Positions 9,466 through 18,901 are shown, counted from the stretch's first letter. The stretch: DNA of 64,000 nucleotides from an uncultured Candidatus Saccharibacteria bacterium (GCA_964402535.1 CAYOCH010000002.1:6661-70660), one strand, 5' to 3'. Translations and numbers: made by a program. Notes: generated by a model not told the origin, from the sequence alone.

Positions 9466-10689
9466 CTATAGCGAATTCAGTGAGGCTCGCGTCGCCGGAC
9501 CGACGTTGCCCACCTTAGGCAGCCCACGCGCCCCTTGGTAGAGCTTCACGGCAGAGGCCGTCATCGTGCCGAAGTAGCCGGTCGCCGCTGTCCTCAAGTA
9601 GCCGAGCGCGATGAGCCGGTTCTGGAGCGCCGTAACGTCTGCGCCCTGCGAGCCGATTGCAAGATTCTTAGCGAAGCGGTAGTTCGAGGCGCTAGTCGGC
9701 GCGCTTGCCGGAGCTGCGACGTTCGTCGCGGCAGTCGAGGCGTTGCCGGTCGTGTTCGCGACCGGTGTTGTGACCGTCGGCGGCGCGTTCGTGACGAGGA
9801 TAGGCACAGTTGTCGTAGCAGCATTGCCGACCGGGTCGGTTGCGACGACGGCGATCGTGTGGCTGCCGAGGTCTGCGGCCACCGGCTTCCAATAGAATTG
9901 TCCCGAGGTCGTCATGTTGCTCGAAGAGACCGTGGTCGATCCGTTGAACGTGTCGCTCACGGAGAATGTGGTCGAGCTCGCAAAGCCGGTTGCGAGCGAG
10001 CTGAGGGAGAAGGTCGTCCCGACGCCGCCCACGCCTCCGGGCACAAGCGACTTGGTCGTCACCTTGGGGTTGATGACCGTCACCGAGAGCGTCGCCTGCG
10101 CGCTATGGCCGTAGGAGTCGTAGCCGATGATGCGGAGGGCGTGCGTGCCGGTATCGTCAGTGGTCGGTGTCCACGTGAAGACTCCTGCAGATGAGAAGGT
10201 GCCGCTCGAGACGGTGCTGAAGGCGACCGAGTCGTAGACGTTGAAGGTCGGCGTCGAGAACCCGGGTGCGGTCACGGTGAAGGAGAACGGACGGCCAGTC
10301 GCGACCGTCGTGCTCGGCTTCACATCGGTGATGAGGAGAGAATTGCTCGCGACGACGAGGCTGATCGTCGTGGTCGCTGCGTTCTTCATGAGGTCGCTCC
10401 CGACGATCGTGAGATTGTGCACGCCGGCGTCGTAGACGGTCGGCGTCCAGGTGAAGTAGCCGTACTTGTCGAGCGTGCCGACGGTCGCGTTGCTCCCGCT
10501 GAAGGCGTCAGTCAGTTTGAATGTCGCATCCGCGAAGCCGCTCGCGGCGACGTAGAAGGTCGCCTGCGTGCCCGGTGTGATCGCGCCTGGTGAGAATCCT
10601 TGGATAGAAAGCGACTGTGCGCTAACGGAGGAAGGGACAGCAGCGAGTAACGTGAAGAGCGCGGCAAGCGCGAAAGTGTGGTGAGTCAT
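9466..10689 (-). CDS. Secreted Ig-like repeat protein with C-terminal peptidoglycan-binding domain
   Basis: Three G.F.W.P...D.G.H Ig repeats; GSQGADVTALQ..L...GYFG..T..AV..YQ. Confidence 0.8.
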   Translation of the reverse strand: MTHHTFALAALFTLLAAVPSSVSAQSLSIQGFSPGAITPGTQATFYVAASGFADATFKLTDAFSGSNATVGTLDKYGYFTWTPTVYDAGVHNLTIVGSDLMKNAATTTISLVVASNSLLITDVKPSTTVATGRPFSFTVTAPGFSTPTFNVYDSVAFSTVSSGTFSSAGVFTWTPTTDDTGTHALRIIGYDSYGHSAQATLSVTVINPKVTTKSLVPGGVGGVGTTFSLSSLATGFASSTTFSVSDTFNGSTTVSSSNMTTSGQFYWKPVAADLGSHTIAVVATDPVGNAATTTVPILVTNAPPTVTTPVANTTGNASTAATNVAAPASAPTSASNYRFAKNLAIGSQGADVTALQNRLIALGYLRTAATGYFGTMTASAVKLYQGARGLPKVGNVGPATRASLNSL

Positions 10690-10716
10690 ATATATAGTGT
10701 ACCGTGCTGTGTTTCA

Positions 10717-11088
10717 TCACGGGCCCGCTATATACACTATGTTATCGACCGCGACATATTCTGCGATCTCAGTTCCGATGACACGTACATGCGCGCCGCT
10801 CCACGACGCAAAGTCGAGCGGAGCGCCAGCAGGGAAGATGAGCGTCTTCGCAGCGGTATGCCCGCGTGCGTCGGTGTAAAAGAGGTACGGAACCGCTACG
10901 GCGTTGTTGGGATAGAACGCGATCGTGCCCGTCTCATCGAACGCGCTCGTCGTGGGCTGCCCGGAGAGCACGACGACGCCCTCGATTGGGTAGTGGTGTG
11001 CAAACGGCACGATCCGCACGTAGCCCTGCTCGAGCGCGAACGAGAGCCCAGAGAGAAAGAGGAAGAATATGAAAAGGCGCTGCCACAT
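10717..11088 (-). CDS. Hypothetical exported protein
   Basis: N-terminal hydrophobic segment; fills the gap between co-oriented genes. Confidence 0.6.
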   Translation of the reverse strand: MWQRLFIFFLFLSGLSFALEQGYVRIVPFAHHYPIEGVVVLSGQPTTSAFDETGTIAFYPNNAVAVPYLFYTDARGHTAAKTLIFPAGAPLDFASWSGAHVRVIGTEIAEYVAVDNIVYIAGP

Positions 11089-11142
11089 CCATTCCAGACG
11101 CGGCAGCGCTGCCCTCCTTACGCGTATTTCGTCAGCGGCTAG

Positions 11143-11493
11143 CTACATCTCGCCCGGCTGCATCATCTCGGTGACGTCGATATAGGCCGTGGGGATCCGC
11201 AGATGCGGGTGACTGGTGAACGCCTTAGCGGCGTCGTCCTGAGACGCGGCTTCGACGACGCCGTACCAGTTCAGGTCGTTGCGATAGTTGTTGACGCCGT
11301 TACTCGTGACCCGCCGCGTCTTGCCGAGCCCGGAGCCGGTCTCTGCGAAGAGCGCCTTGTGCTCCGCCATCCAGGCGTTCCAATCGCGCATCATCTCGTC
11401 TGACTGCTGCTTGCGCTTATCGGGCTCGGTCATAGAGAGCCACACGTCGACGGCGGCGGCTGGGATGCAGAACGTGACGAGGAATTTTTTCAT
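11143..11493 (-). CDS. YCII-related protein
   Basis: MKKFLV...W.AW...GLGKTRRV...Y.VVEA.S.D.A...HPH pattern. Confidence 0.65.
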   Translation of the reverse strand: MKKFLVTFCIPAAAVDVWLSMTEPDKRKQQSDEMMRDWNAWMAEHKALFAETGSGLGKTRRVTSNGVNNYRNDLNWYGVVEAASQDDAAKAFTSHPHLRIPTAYIDVTEMMQPGEM

Positions 11494-11598
11494 GGATGTA
11501 TGGTTATGGTTTCTCTATATACGTTACTGGCGGCACATGAATTTCTCATGATGCCTGAGGCGAAGTTGTGCACACCCGGCAGGTCTTCACGGTGTCTT

Positions 11599-11621
11599 TA
11601 GAACGTTCGTTCTAGTATACT
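11599..11621 (+). promoter_or_regulatory. SOS box (GAAC-N4-GTTC) next to the lexA -10 box
   Basis: TAGAACGTTCGTTCTA at 11599-11614, then TATACT at 11616-11621. Confidence 0.75.
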
Positions 11622-11627
11622 GTGCGT

Positions 11628-12191
11628 ATGGACAAGCCGCAGGAAAAGCTCGCCAATTTCTACCGAACGCACAAGCGGATGCCCTCGTATGCCGAGGTCG
11701 CGAAGCTTTTGGGCTACAAGACCAAGAGCGCAGCGGCCTACGCGGTCGGCAAGATGCTCGAGGCGGGCGTCGTCGCTAAAGATGCGACCGGCCGCCTCTT
11801 GCCCGGGGAGCTTCTTGGCGGCGCGAAGCTCTTTGGGCTCGTCGAGGCAGGCTTCCCCTCGGCAGCTGAAGAGGAGCTCCTCGACGTGATGGACTTCGAC
11901 GAATACCTCACGCCGAACAAGGAGTCGAGCTACATCTTGAAGGTGAAGGGCGACTCGATGATCGACGCCGGCATCCAGGAGGGGGACATGGTGATCGTCG
12001 AGCGGCGACAGACCTACAAGCCCGGGCAGATCGTCATCGCCTCGGTCGACGGCGAGTACACGATCAAGTACCTCCGCAAGATCCGCGACCACTACTACCT
12101 CGAACCGGCGAACGAGAAGTACAAGCCGATATTCCCGAAGGGGCAGCTCACCGTCGAGGCGGTCGTCACGGCCGTCGTGCGCAAGTATTGA
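11628..12191 (+). CDS. lexA: LexA family repressor / S24 autopeptidase
   Basis: N-terminal HTH (PSYAEVAKLLG), Ala-Gly cleavage site VEAGFP, GDSM serine, TIK lysine. Confidence 0.85.
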   Translation: MDKPQEKLANFYRTHKRMPSYAEVAKLLGYKTKSAAAYAVGKMLEAGVVAKDATGRLLPGELLGGAKLFGLVEAGFPSAAEEELLDVMDFDEYLTPNKESSYILKVKGDSMIDAGIQEGDMVIVERRQTYKPGQIVIASVDGEYTIKYLRKIRDHYYLEPANEKYKPIFPKGQLTVEAVVTAVVRKY

Positions 12192-12193
12192 GT

Positions 12194-13501
12194 ATGGCCT
12201 GGGGCGGCCCACGTTCGTTCCCGCGCGCCATCCTCCACGTCGACGGCGACTCGTTCTTCGCCTCGTGCGAGGTGGCGAAGGACCCGACCCTGCGCGGCAA
12301 GGTCGTCGTGACCGGCAAGGAGCGTGGCATCGTCTCGGCCGTGAGCTACGAGGGCAAGGAGCTCGGCATCAAGCGCGGCGTCGCGCTCCACGACGTGAAG
12401 AAGATATGCCCAGACGCGATCATCCTCCCCTCTGACTACGAGACCTACAGCCTCTTCTCGGAGCGCATGTACGCGATCGTCCGCCGTTATACGAGCGCGG
12501 TCGAGGAGTACAGCATCGACGAATGCTTCGCCGACCTCACGGGGCTCCGGCGGCCGCTCCGACTATCGTATCGAGAGATCGCCGAGCGCATCAAGCACGA
12601 GCTCGACACCGAGCTCGGGATGACCTTCTCGATCGGCGTTGCGGCGACGAAAACATTGGCCAAGGTCGGCTCGAAATGGAAGAAGCCCTCCGGGCTCACG
12701 CTCATCCCGCTCCGCGATGCGCCGACATTCCTCGCCGCGCTCCCGGTGGGAGCGGTGTGGGGGATCGGACCGCAGACGACCGCGTTGCTTGCGAGCCACG
12801 GTATCCGCACCGCCGGCGCATTTGCTGCAAAAGACGAGGCGTGGGTACGCGCGCGCGTCTCGAAGCCGTTCGTCGAGACGTGGCAGGAGCTGAACGGCGT
12901 CGTCGCGAACGAGCTCGACGTCACGGGGCGCGAGACCTACCAGTCGATCAGCAAGACCAAGACCTTCACGCCGCCCTCAAGCGACCCGGCGTTCGTCTTC
13001 GCCCAGCTCTCGAAGAATGTCGAGAACGCGTGCATCAAGGCGCGGCGGTGGGGGCTCGTGGCGCCGGCGGCCTTCTTCTTCTTAAAGACGCAGGACTTCC
13101 GCTATCACGGCTACGAGGTCGGGCTGCCGTTCCCGACCAACAATCCGCTCGACATCCTGAATGAGCTCCGGCCGTATTTCATCAAAGCGTTCCGCAAGAA
13201 CGTGCTTTATCGCACGACGGGCGTGACGCTCGTCAATCTCGCCGAGGAGGGGACGCTGCAGCTCGATCTCTTCGGACGCGTAGGGAAGTCATCGGGCATC
13301 GCGCGCGTCTTCGAGAGCACCGATGCGCTCGCGGAGCGCTACGGCAAGCACGTCGTGTATCTCGGCTCGAGCTTCGCCGCGATGACGCACGCCGCACACC
13401 AGAACGAGCGCGGCGACGCTGCAGCGCGCACCACGCAGCTCTTCAAGGGCGAGTCGACGCGCCGCCGTCTCGCGATCCCGATGCTCGGCGAGGTGCGGTA
13501 G
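12194..13501 (+). CDS. dinB: Y-family DNA polymerase (DinB/UmuC-like)
   Basis: HVDGDSFFASCE, YSIDE, WGIG, C-terminal QLDLF clamp-binding motif. Confidence 0.9.
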   Translation: MAWGGPRSFPRAILHVDGDSFFASCEVAKDPTLRGKVVVTGKERGIVSAVSYEGKELGIKRGVALHDVKKICPDAIILPSDYETYSLFSERMYAIVRRYTSAVEEYSIDECFADLTGLRRPLRLSYREIAERIKHELDTELGMTFSIGVAATKTLAKVGSKWKKPSGLTLIPLRDAPTFLAALPVGAVWGIGPQTTALLASHGIRTAGAFAAKDEAWVRARVSKPFVETWQELNGVVANELDVTGRETYQSISKTKTFTPPSSDPAFVFAQLSKNVENACIKARRWGLVAPAAFFFLKTQDFRYHGYEVGLPFPTNNPLDILNELRPYFIKAFRKNVLYRTTGVTLVNLAEEGTLQLDLFGRVGKSSGIARVFESTDALAERYGKHVVYLGSSFAAMTHAAHQNERGDAAARTTQLFKGESTRRRLAIPMLGEVR

Positions 13502-13569
13502 CGGAGGGGGGTGTGGAATCCCCACCTTGCATCCTGCCGGACGTGCTATCCTGCGCTTCACTGCCCGAT

Positions 13570-14595
13570 ATGGAAAAGAGCGTCCTAATCGCCCTGCTCT
13601 TCATTCCGATCGCCCTCGTCGGACTCGTCCTATCGATTCAGGGGACGGTTACCGGGTCACAGCGGTTCATGGCGGACGCGCTTGCGGCGCTCGGCCCCGC
13701 AGCAAGCTCGACCGCGGTCACGGCTGATGCGACCACGACGCCGACACTCACGGATGTCCTGCGCCAGCTGCAGCTCCAGGAAGTCTTCCTCACCCGCGAG
13801 CTCGCGAGCGTCGAAGTGAAGCTGAAGCGGATGGCCTCGACGACCCGAGAGCTGCGCCGCGGCGAGTCGGGAGACGACGTTGTCGCGCTCCAGGCGCTCC
13901 TCGTGCGGCTCGGGGTCGCCTCGACCACGGCATCGACGACGCCGACCGGCTACTTCGGCAAGGCGACCGAGCAGGCGGTGCAGGCGTTCCAGGCGAGCCA
14001 GGGGTTGAAGGCGAGCGGCGTCGTCGACGCTGCGACGCGCGCAGCATTCTCGAGCATGCAGCCGGACGGCGCGAGCCAGACCTTCGATTTCACCCCCATC
14101 GACCTTGCGGGCGTTCCAGCGCTCGAGACGAGCGGCACGCTCGCGTGGATGCAAGGACAGATCTCGCAGCTCGAGCTCGATTCCGGCAACGCGCAGTCGA
14201 GCCTCTCTGACCTGCAGGGACAGGTGTCGGGGCTCTCGTCACAGGTGTCAGACCTGCAGGCATCGGTCAGTTCGGCGCCGATACCGGCCGGACCGACGAC
14301 CCCGCCCGCGCTCGCGATCTCAAATGTCGCAGTCGCGACGACCACCAAATCGTCGGCAACGATCACGTGGACGACCACCAACCCGGCGACCTCGATCGTG
14401 AATTATTCGACGAGCTCGTCGCTCTCGCCGTCGCAGACGAAGTCGATCACGAACACGAGCATGGTCACGAGCCACTCTGCGACGCTCCCGTCGCTCATTT
14501 CGGCGACGACCTACTACTACCAGGTGTCGTCCACGGACTCCTACGGCGCGACGGCGACCTCGACGACGGCATCGTTCACAACAGCGCATAGTTGA
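13570..14595 (+). CDS. Membrane-anchored peptidoglycan-binding + coiled-coil + FN3-like protein
   Basis: TM; GESGDDVVALQ...GYFG.AT..AV..FQ; ATITWTT...TTYYYQV.STD. Confidence 0.8.
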   Translation: MEKSVLIALLFIPIALVGLVLSIQGTVTGSQRFMADALAALGPAASSTAVTADATTTPTLTDVLRQLQLQEVFLTRELASVEVKLKRMASTTRELRRGESGDDVVALQALLVRLGVASTTASTTPTGYFGKATEQAVQAFQASQGLKASGVVDAATRAAFSSMQPDGASQTFDFTPIDLAGVPALETSGTLAWMQGQISQLELDSGNAQSSLSDLQGQVSGLSSQVSDLQASVSSAPIPAGPTTPPALAISNVAVATTTKSSATITWTTTNPATSIVNYSTSSSLSPSQTKSITNTSMVTSHSATLPSLISATTYYYQVSSTDSYGATATSTTASFTTAHS

Positions 14596-14708
14596 TGCAT
14601 ATACAAAGCAAAAGCCCCCGGAGGCAGGAGGGGCTTGCGGCGTAGTATAAACAGCAACTACGTTGGTCCATACACGACGAACTCAATCCTCGCGTATGGA
14701 TGAAGACG

Positions 14709-14870
14709 TTAGTCTTCGGGGCTCCGGTCGTACTCGGAGAGAGACGGTTTGCGCGGTGAGACGAACCGATCCAGCTGCAGCATCTCGATGAGATGCAGAT
14801 AGGCCAGAAGGTTGTTGCCGTACAGCGCCGGGTCTTCCTCGTACGTCGGGAGCTCATGACGATGGCTCAT
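14709..14870 (-). CDS. Small hypothetical protein (53 aa), below the ORF-track cutoff
   Basis: AGGAG upstream; MSHRHELPTYEEDPALYGNNLLAYLHLIEMLQLDRF...SPED*. Confidence 0.5.
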   Translation of the reverse strand: MSHRHELPTYEEDPALYGNNLLAYLHLIEMLQLDRFVSPRKPSLSEYDRSPED

Positions 14871-14964
14871 GGTTTTCTCCTAGGGTGTTGCGCCTCCTAA
14901 GAGAACGAAAGTGCTTCGTTCTGGTATCCGATACTACCGCACTTTCATGGATATGGAAATGGGT

Positions 14965-15441
14965 TCAGGCCGCCTCAAGCGTGCGCACGTCGAGCTTGTT
15001 CATCGTGAGCATCGCGGCGAAGACGCGCTTGCCGCGCTCGGTGTCGGGCGAGTTCATGAGCTCGGCGAGCACGGTCGGGACGATATTCCACGAGATGCCG
15101 TACTTGTCGGTGAGCCAGCCGCAGGGCAGCTCTTTGCCGCCCTCAGAGAGCTTGTCCCACAGGTGGTCGATCTCACCCTGGTCCTCGCAGTTGACGAAGA
15201 ACTAGAAGCCCTGCGCGGTGGCGAACGGCGTCTCGCCCGGTCCGACGTTGTCGAGCATCATGTAGTCTTCGCCGTTCAGCGTGAAGGTGACCATCATCAC
15301 CGAACCTTTCGGCCCCGGGCCCATGTCGCCGTAGCGGCTCACATTCATAATGCGCGAATTTGGGAATATCGACACGTAGAACTGCGCAGCCTCCTCTGTT
15401 TGCTCTCGATTCATCCAAATCAGCGGGTTGATTGCTTTCAT
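14965..15441 (-). pseudogene. VOC/PhnB-like (3-demethylubiquinone methyltransferase-like) gene with in-frame TAG
   Basis: EEAAQFYVSIF...GF*FFVNCEDQGEIDHLWDKLSEGG...CGWLTDKYGISW; TAG at 15202-15204. Confidence 0.8.
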
Positions 15442-15592
15442 CGCGCCATTGTACCGGCCGGAAAGTGAAGAGGAGGTGAGTAGGGATCGGTCTTGTGCAT
15501 AAAAAGCCGCCGGATTCGTCTCGTGCCGTTCATGAAAACCATAGCGATGCTGTGGTAGCGTCGCACTCGATTACCAGCCTCATGCACGGACC

Positions 15593-15802
15593 ATGACTAC
15601 ACTATGGATAGCGGATTGTTCGCGGTTCCCGAGCGAGAATAATTGCGACATCGTGATCAGCGGCACACGCCGCGACGAGGTCGCGCGGGCGGCGATGGAT
15701 CACGCGGTCGGGACGCACAAGCACGACCGCGACGAGGGCGGGCTCTACGAGAGCATCCGCGAGAGCCTCGAGGAGCGCGTCGTCGAGACCTCGCCGGCGT
15801 GA
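15593..15802 (+). CDS. DUF1059-like small protein
   Basis: DC..FPSE.NC...ISG...EV..AA..HAV..H. Confidence 0.75.
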   Translation: MTTLWIADCSRFPSENNCDIVISGTRRDEVARAAMDHAVGTHKHDRDEGGLYESIRESLEERVVETSPA

Positions 15803-15816
15803 TGCGTCAGCCGGGG

Positions 15817-16011
15817 CTACTTGGTTAGCGCCTTGAGGAACCGGTACACGACGTGCGGCGCCCAGATCAGGAAGCTCGCGAAGCCGATGATGAAGAATGT
15901 CGGGATGAGCTTCACGGGCAGCACGCCCTCTGCCCAGATATTCGTGAGCGCCGTCGCGGCGGTGAGGAGCATGAAGGTCCAGAAGAGCCGCAGGGTGATT
16001 TTCTCGGTCAT
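15817..16011 (-). CDS. Small two-TM protein
   Basis: Two hydrophobic helices. Confidence 0.65.
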   Translation of the reverse strand: MTEKITLRLFWTFMLLTAATALTNIWAEGVLPVKLIPTFFIIGFASFLIWAPHVVYRFLKALTK

Positions 16012-16069
16012 TACTGTCTATAACTCGATAAGCAGGTAAGACGTTGCACGTGGAATGTATACTGAAGCC

Positions 16070-16247
16070 ATGAGTAAAAATATGATCATCGCAATCGTGG
16101 TTGTCGTGCTCGTTGTCATCGCAGGGGCGTTTTACTTTTTGGCAGTCGTCACGCACTGAGACGACAGGGAACAATGCCGCTGCCGGCTCGACAATGCCGA
16201 CCGGGACTGACAACGGCCTGCCGGCGAGCGATAACGCAGCGCGGTAA
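16070..16247 (+). CDS. Small single-TM protein, possibly frameshifted at a T5 run
   Basis: TATACT-N6-ATG; MSKNMIIAIVVVVLVVIAGAFYF; stops at 16159 as written, one T fewer extends it to TAA 16247 just before the terminator. Confidence 0.5.
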
Positions 16248-16267
16248 ATTCGCAGTCTCGTTCTAAA

Positions 16268-16299
16268 ACACAAAGAGCCCTGCACAGGGCTCTTTGTGT
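16268..16299. terminator. Bidirectional terminator
   Basis: ACACAAAGAGCCCTG-CA-CAGGGCTCTTTGTGT perfect 15-bp stem. Confidence 0.8.
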
Positions 16300-16301
16300 C
16301 C

Positions 16302-16454
16302 CTAGGCCTTCTTTGAAAGCGAGTCGATCGCGAGGGAGGCAAGTCCGATGCCCAGGAGGGATTCGACGCTTGATGTAGCGCCGCTCAAGATGCTTATGAC
16401 TACTGCAGCGACGCCCATCGCAAGTGCCAGAGCTCGAAAGATGATGTGTTGCAT
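16302..16454 (-). CDS. Small two-TM protein (50 aa), below the ORF-track cutoff
   Basis: TATACT-N6-ATG; MQHIIFRALALAMGVAAVVISILSG...LLGIGLASLAIDSLSKKA*. Confidence 0.65.
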   Translation of the reverse strand: MQHIIFRALALAMGVAAVVISILSGATSSVESLLGIGLASLAIDSLSKKA

Positions 16455-16579
16455 GGTTTCAGTATAGGATATTTTCTGAAGGTGAGGTGGAAGTCAGCTC
16501 CGCGTTCGTGAATTCTCCCAAATCCGAAAATGCCTTAGATAAGGCTTCTTTTTCGGACGGTATATTATCGAACAATCTG

Positions 16580-16884
16580 CTCCGGCGGTAGGACTCGAAC
16601 CTACAACCAACGCCTTACACGTGTCCTCTGATTACTCAAAGGGGTGGACTATATCATCACCGGATCTCGGTGCGAGGCGCTTCGTACCTTTCGGCACTAC
16701 TCCCGTGCGGGATAGTCTCTGAACCTTCACGGCGCCGTTCTTGCGAATGTGCCGCGCTTGGCTGCTGATTGCCCTCGTCTTGCTCGTTCGGGGTTCCAGC
16801 AATTCACCTCGTTATTCGACTCGAATTCCTTCGAGAAGCTGCGTTAAGCCACAGGGCGCTGCTCTACCATTGAGCTACACCGGA
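16580..16884 (-). tRNA. trnN: tRNA-Asn(GTT), intron-containing (exons 16884-16851 and 16617-16580)
   Basis: Joined exons give TCCGGTGTAGCTCAATGGTAGAGCAGCGCC-CTGT^TAA-GGCGTTGGTTGTAGGTTCGAGTCCTACCGCCGGAG cloverleaf. Confidence 0.92.
16618..16850 (-). ncRNA. Group I self-splicing intron (233 nt, no ORF)
   Basis: P AATTGCTGGAA, Q AATCAGCAGCC, R GTTCAGAGACTA, S GATATAGTCC; 5' exon ends in U, intron ends in G. Confidence 0.92.
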
Positions 16885-16959
16885 ATATGTCGCTCTCCTT
16901 GCGGAGAGCTAGAAGCATATTAACCGAAAATTGGGGCGCTGCAATGGTACAGTTAGGCC

Positions 16960-17442
16960 ATGAGCGCGTTCACCCTCACGAGCCCGGCGTTTCGGGACGG
17001 CGAGCGGATCCCGTCCACATATACGTGCGACGGGAGCAGGGAGTTGTCGCCGCCCCTTGAGATCGCGGGCGTGCCAGAGGGGACGAAGTCGCTCGTCCTC
17101 CTCATGGACGATCCGGATATCCCGCAGGAGGTCAAAGAGATGCACAAGATTGAGGTGTTCGATCATTGGGTGGTCTACAACATCCCGCCAGGCACGACGC
17201 GGATCCCCGAGGGCGCTACGCTAGGCGCTCGCGGCCTGAATGGCGCCGGCAAGCCAGGCTACACCGGCCCTTGCCCGCCGCCGCACTATGAGCCGCGGGA
17301 GCATCGCTACATCTTCGTCCTCTACGCGCTCTCGCGCGGGCTCTCGTTCGACAATCCGCCGACGAAGCAGCAGGTGCTCGACGCGCTCCAACCGTGTCTT
17401 ATCGACAAGACGCAACTCATCGGCCGCTATTCGCGGGCCTGA
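16960..17442 (+). CDS. YbhB/YbcL (PEBP/RKIP-like) protein
   Basis: DDPD, HWVVYNIP, YTGPCPP, HRY.F..YAL. Confidence 0.9.
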   Translation: MSAFTLTSPAFRDGERIPSTYTCDGSRELSPPLEIAGVPEGTKSLVLLMDDPDIPQEVKEMHKIEVFDHWVVYNIPPGTTRIPEGATLGARGLNGAGKPGYTGPCPPPHYEPREHRYIFVLYALSRGLSFDNPPTKQQVLDALQPCLIDKTQLIGRYSRA

Positions 17443-17449
17443 ACCGGAT

Positions 17450-17668
17450 ATGTATATAAAGGTGTTTGTCACGCCGGACGCAAAGCGGGAGAGGGTCGAG
17501 GAGAAGGGCGAGACGCTCCTCATCTCTGTCCGCGAGCCCGCGACCCAGAACCGCGCGAACGACCGCGTCCGCGAGATCATCGCGCTCCGCACCGGACGGC
17601 CGCTCGGCAAGGTGCGTATCCTGACAGGGCACCGCAGCAGGAGTAAAATGATAAGTATTAGTAGCTGA
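17450..17668 (+). CDS. DUF167/YggU family protein
   Basis: IKVFVTPDAK...V.EPA..NRAN...ILTGH.SR.K. Confidence 0.8.
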   Translation: MYIKVFVTPDAKRERVEEKGETLLISVREPATQNRANDRVREIIALRTGRPLGKVRILTGHRSRSKMISISS

Positions 17669-17678
17669 CGTCTCGGAT

Positions 17679-18041
17679 ATGAATATCACCATCAAAGCGA
17701 CGAAGTATCAGCTAACCCCCGGCACGGCTGCGATCCTCGAAGAGAAGCTCGCGGCGCCGCTGCGCCTCCTCGGCGAGAAGGGGGAGAATGCCTTGCTCGA
17801 GGTCGAGGTGCAAGAGGCGCCGCCCGAGGGTCGCTCGTCAGAGCCCTGCCGCCTCGTCGCTCGGCTCATCGTCGACAACGACGTCTACCACGCCGAAGCG
17901 GTCAAGCCGACGCCGCAGTCTGCCGCCGATCGCGTGCGGGGCGAGCTTGAGGCAGAGATCCGCCGCTCACGCGGCCGCGCGCGCAAGTTCTTCAAGCGCG
18001 GCACCTCAGCGATCAAGAACATGCTCCGCTTCGGGCGCTAG
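17679..18041 (+). CDS. Ribosome hibernation factor HPF/RaiA-like
   Basis: MNITIKA...LTP....EEKL...AAD.V..ELE..IRR fold pattern. Confidence 0.7.
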   Translation: MNITIKATKYQLTPGTAAILEEKLAAPLRLLGEKGENALLEVEVQEAPPEGRSSEPCRLVARLIVDNDVYHAEAVKPTPQSAADRVRGELEAEIRRSRGRARKFFKRGTSAIKNMLRFGR

Positions 18042-18055
18042 TTGCGCGCGATTTA

Positions 18056-18901
18056 TTACGAGCGCTGTTGAGCAAAGTCTGCGAAGTCCATCTCACGTTT
18101 GCCCTCGGGGATGACGCGCAGCGGAATGAAGCGCCCGCGCTCGAGCGTTGCGGTGACGATCTTGACGCGCCTGCCGTCGGCAGTGAAGAAGTAGGTGCCG
18201 ATCGTGTCGGCGAATGCGCGGTACTTGTTCCAGTTCACATCCGTCGGGCCGTCGAGCGTGAGCTCACCGTCTTCTTTCTTGAGCTTGTGCGAGTGTGTCG
18301 CGAGCGACGCATCCTGCGCGACGGGAGTGACCTCTCCATCGATGTAGCGGGGCAGCGTCTCAGCGAGGAGCTCGGCGCCGAGTGAGATGAGCCGCGGGCG
18401 CAGCTCGCGTGACGTCTCGTTCGGCGAGACTTGCACCGAGCGCTGGGCGATCATGTCGCCCGCGTCGAGCTCCTTCACCATCTTCTGGATCGTGACGCCC
18501 GTTTCGTAGTCGCCTGCGAGGAGTGCGGCCTCCAGCGGTGTGGCGCCGCGGTGTCGCGGCAAGAGCGAGTAGTGGACGTTCAGCACTCCCTGCGGGAACG
18601 ATGCGATGAGTGTCTCGGGGAATATCTTGCCGTAGGCGACAACGACCGCGTAGTCGCGGCCAGCCGCGCGGATCAGGTTCTGCGCCTCCTCGTCGAGCGT
18701 CTCGGGAGTGAGGACAGGAATGTTGTAGGAGAAGGCAAGCTCCTTTACCGGAGACGGCGTCATCTGGAGGCCGCGGCCGGCGGGGCGGTCGGGCGCCGTG
18801 ACGACCAGGCCTGGGACGAACCCGTGCTCGATGAGGTACGCGAGCGTGTCGCTCGCGACCTTCGGCGTGCCGAAATAGACGAACTTATGCGGTTGCGACA
18901 T
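18056..18901 (-). CDS. fmt: Methionyl-tRNA formyltransferase
   Basis: FGTP, PDRPAGRG, VVAYG, NVHYSLLPRHRGATP, LDAG. Confidence 0.95.
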   Translation of the reverse strand: MSQPHKFVYFGTPKVASDTLAYLIEHGFVPGLVVTAPDRPAGRGLQMTPSPVKELAFSYNIPVLTPETLDEEAQNLIRAAGRDYAVVVAYGKIFPETLIASFPQGVLNVHYSLLPRHRGATPLEAALLAGDYETGVTIQKMVKELDAGDMIAQRSVQVSPNETSRELRPRLISLGAELLAETLPRYIDGEVTPVAQDASLATHSHKLKKEDGELTLDGPTDVNWNKYRAFADTIGTYFFTADGRRVKIVTATLERGRFIPLRVIPEGKREMDFADFAQQRS

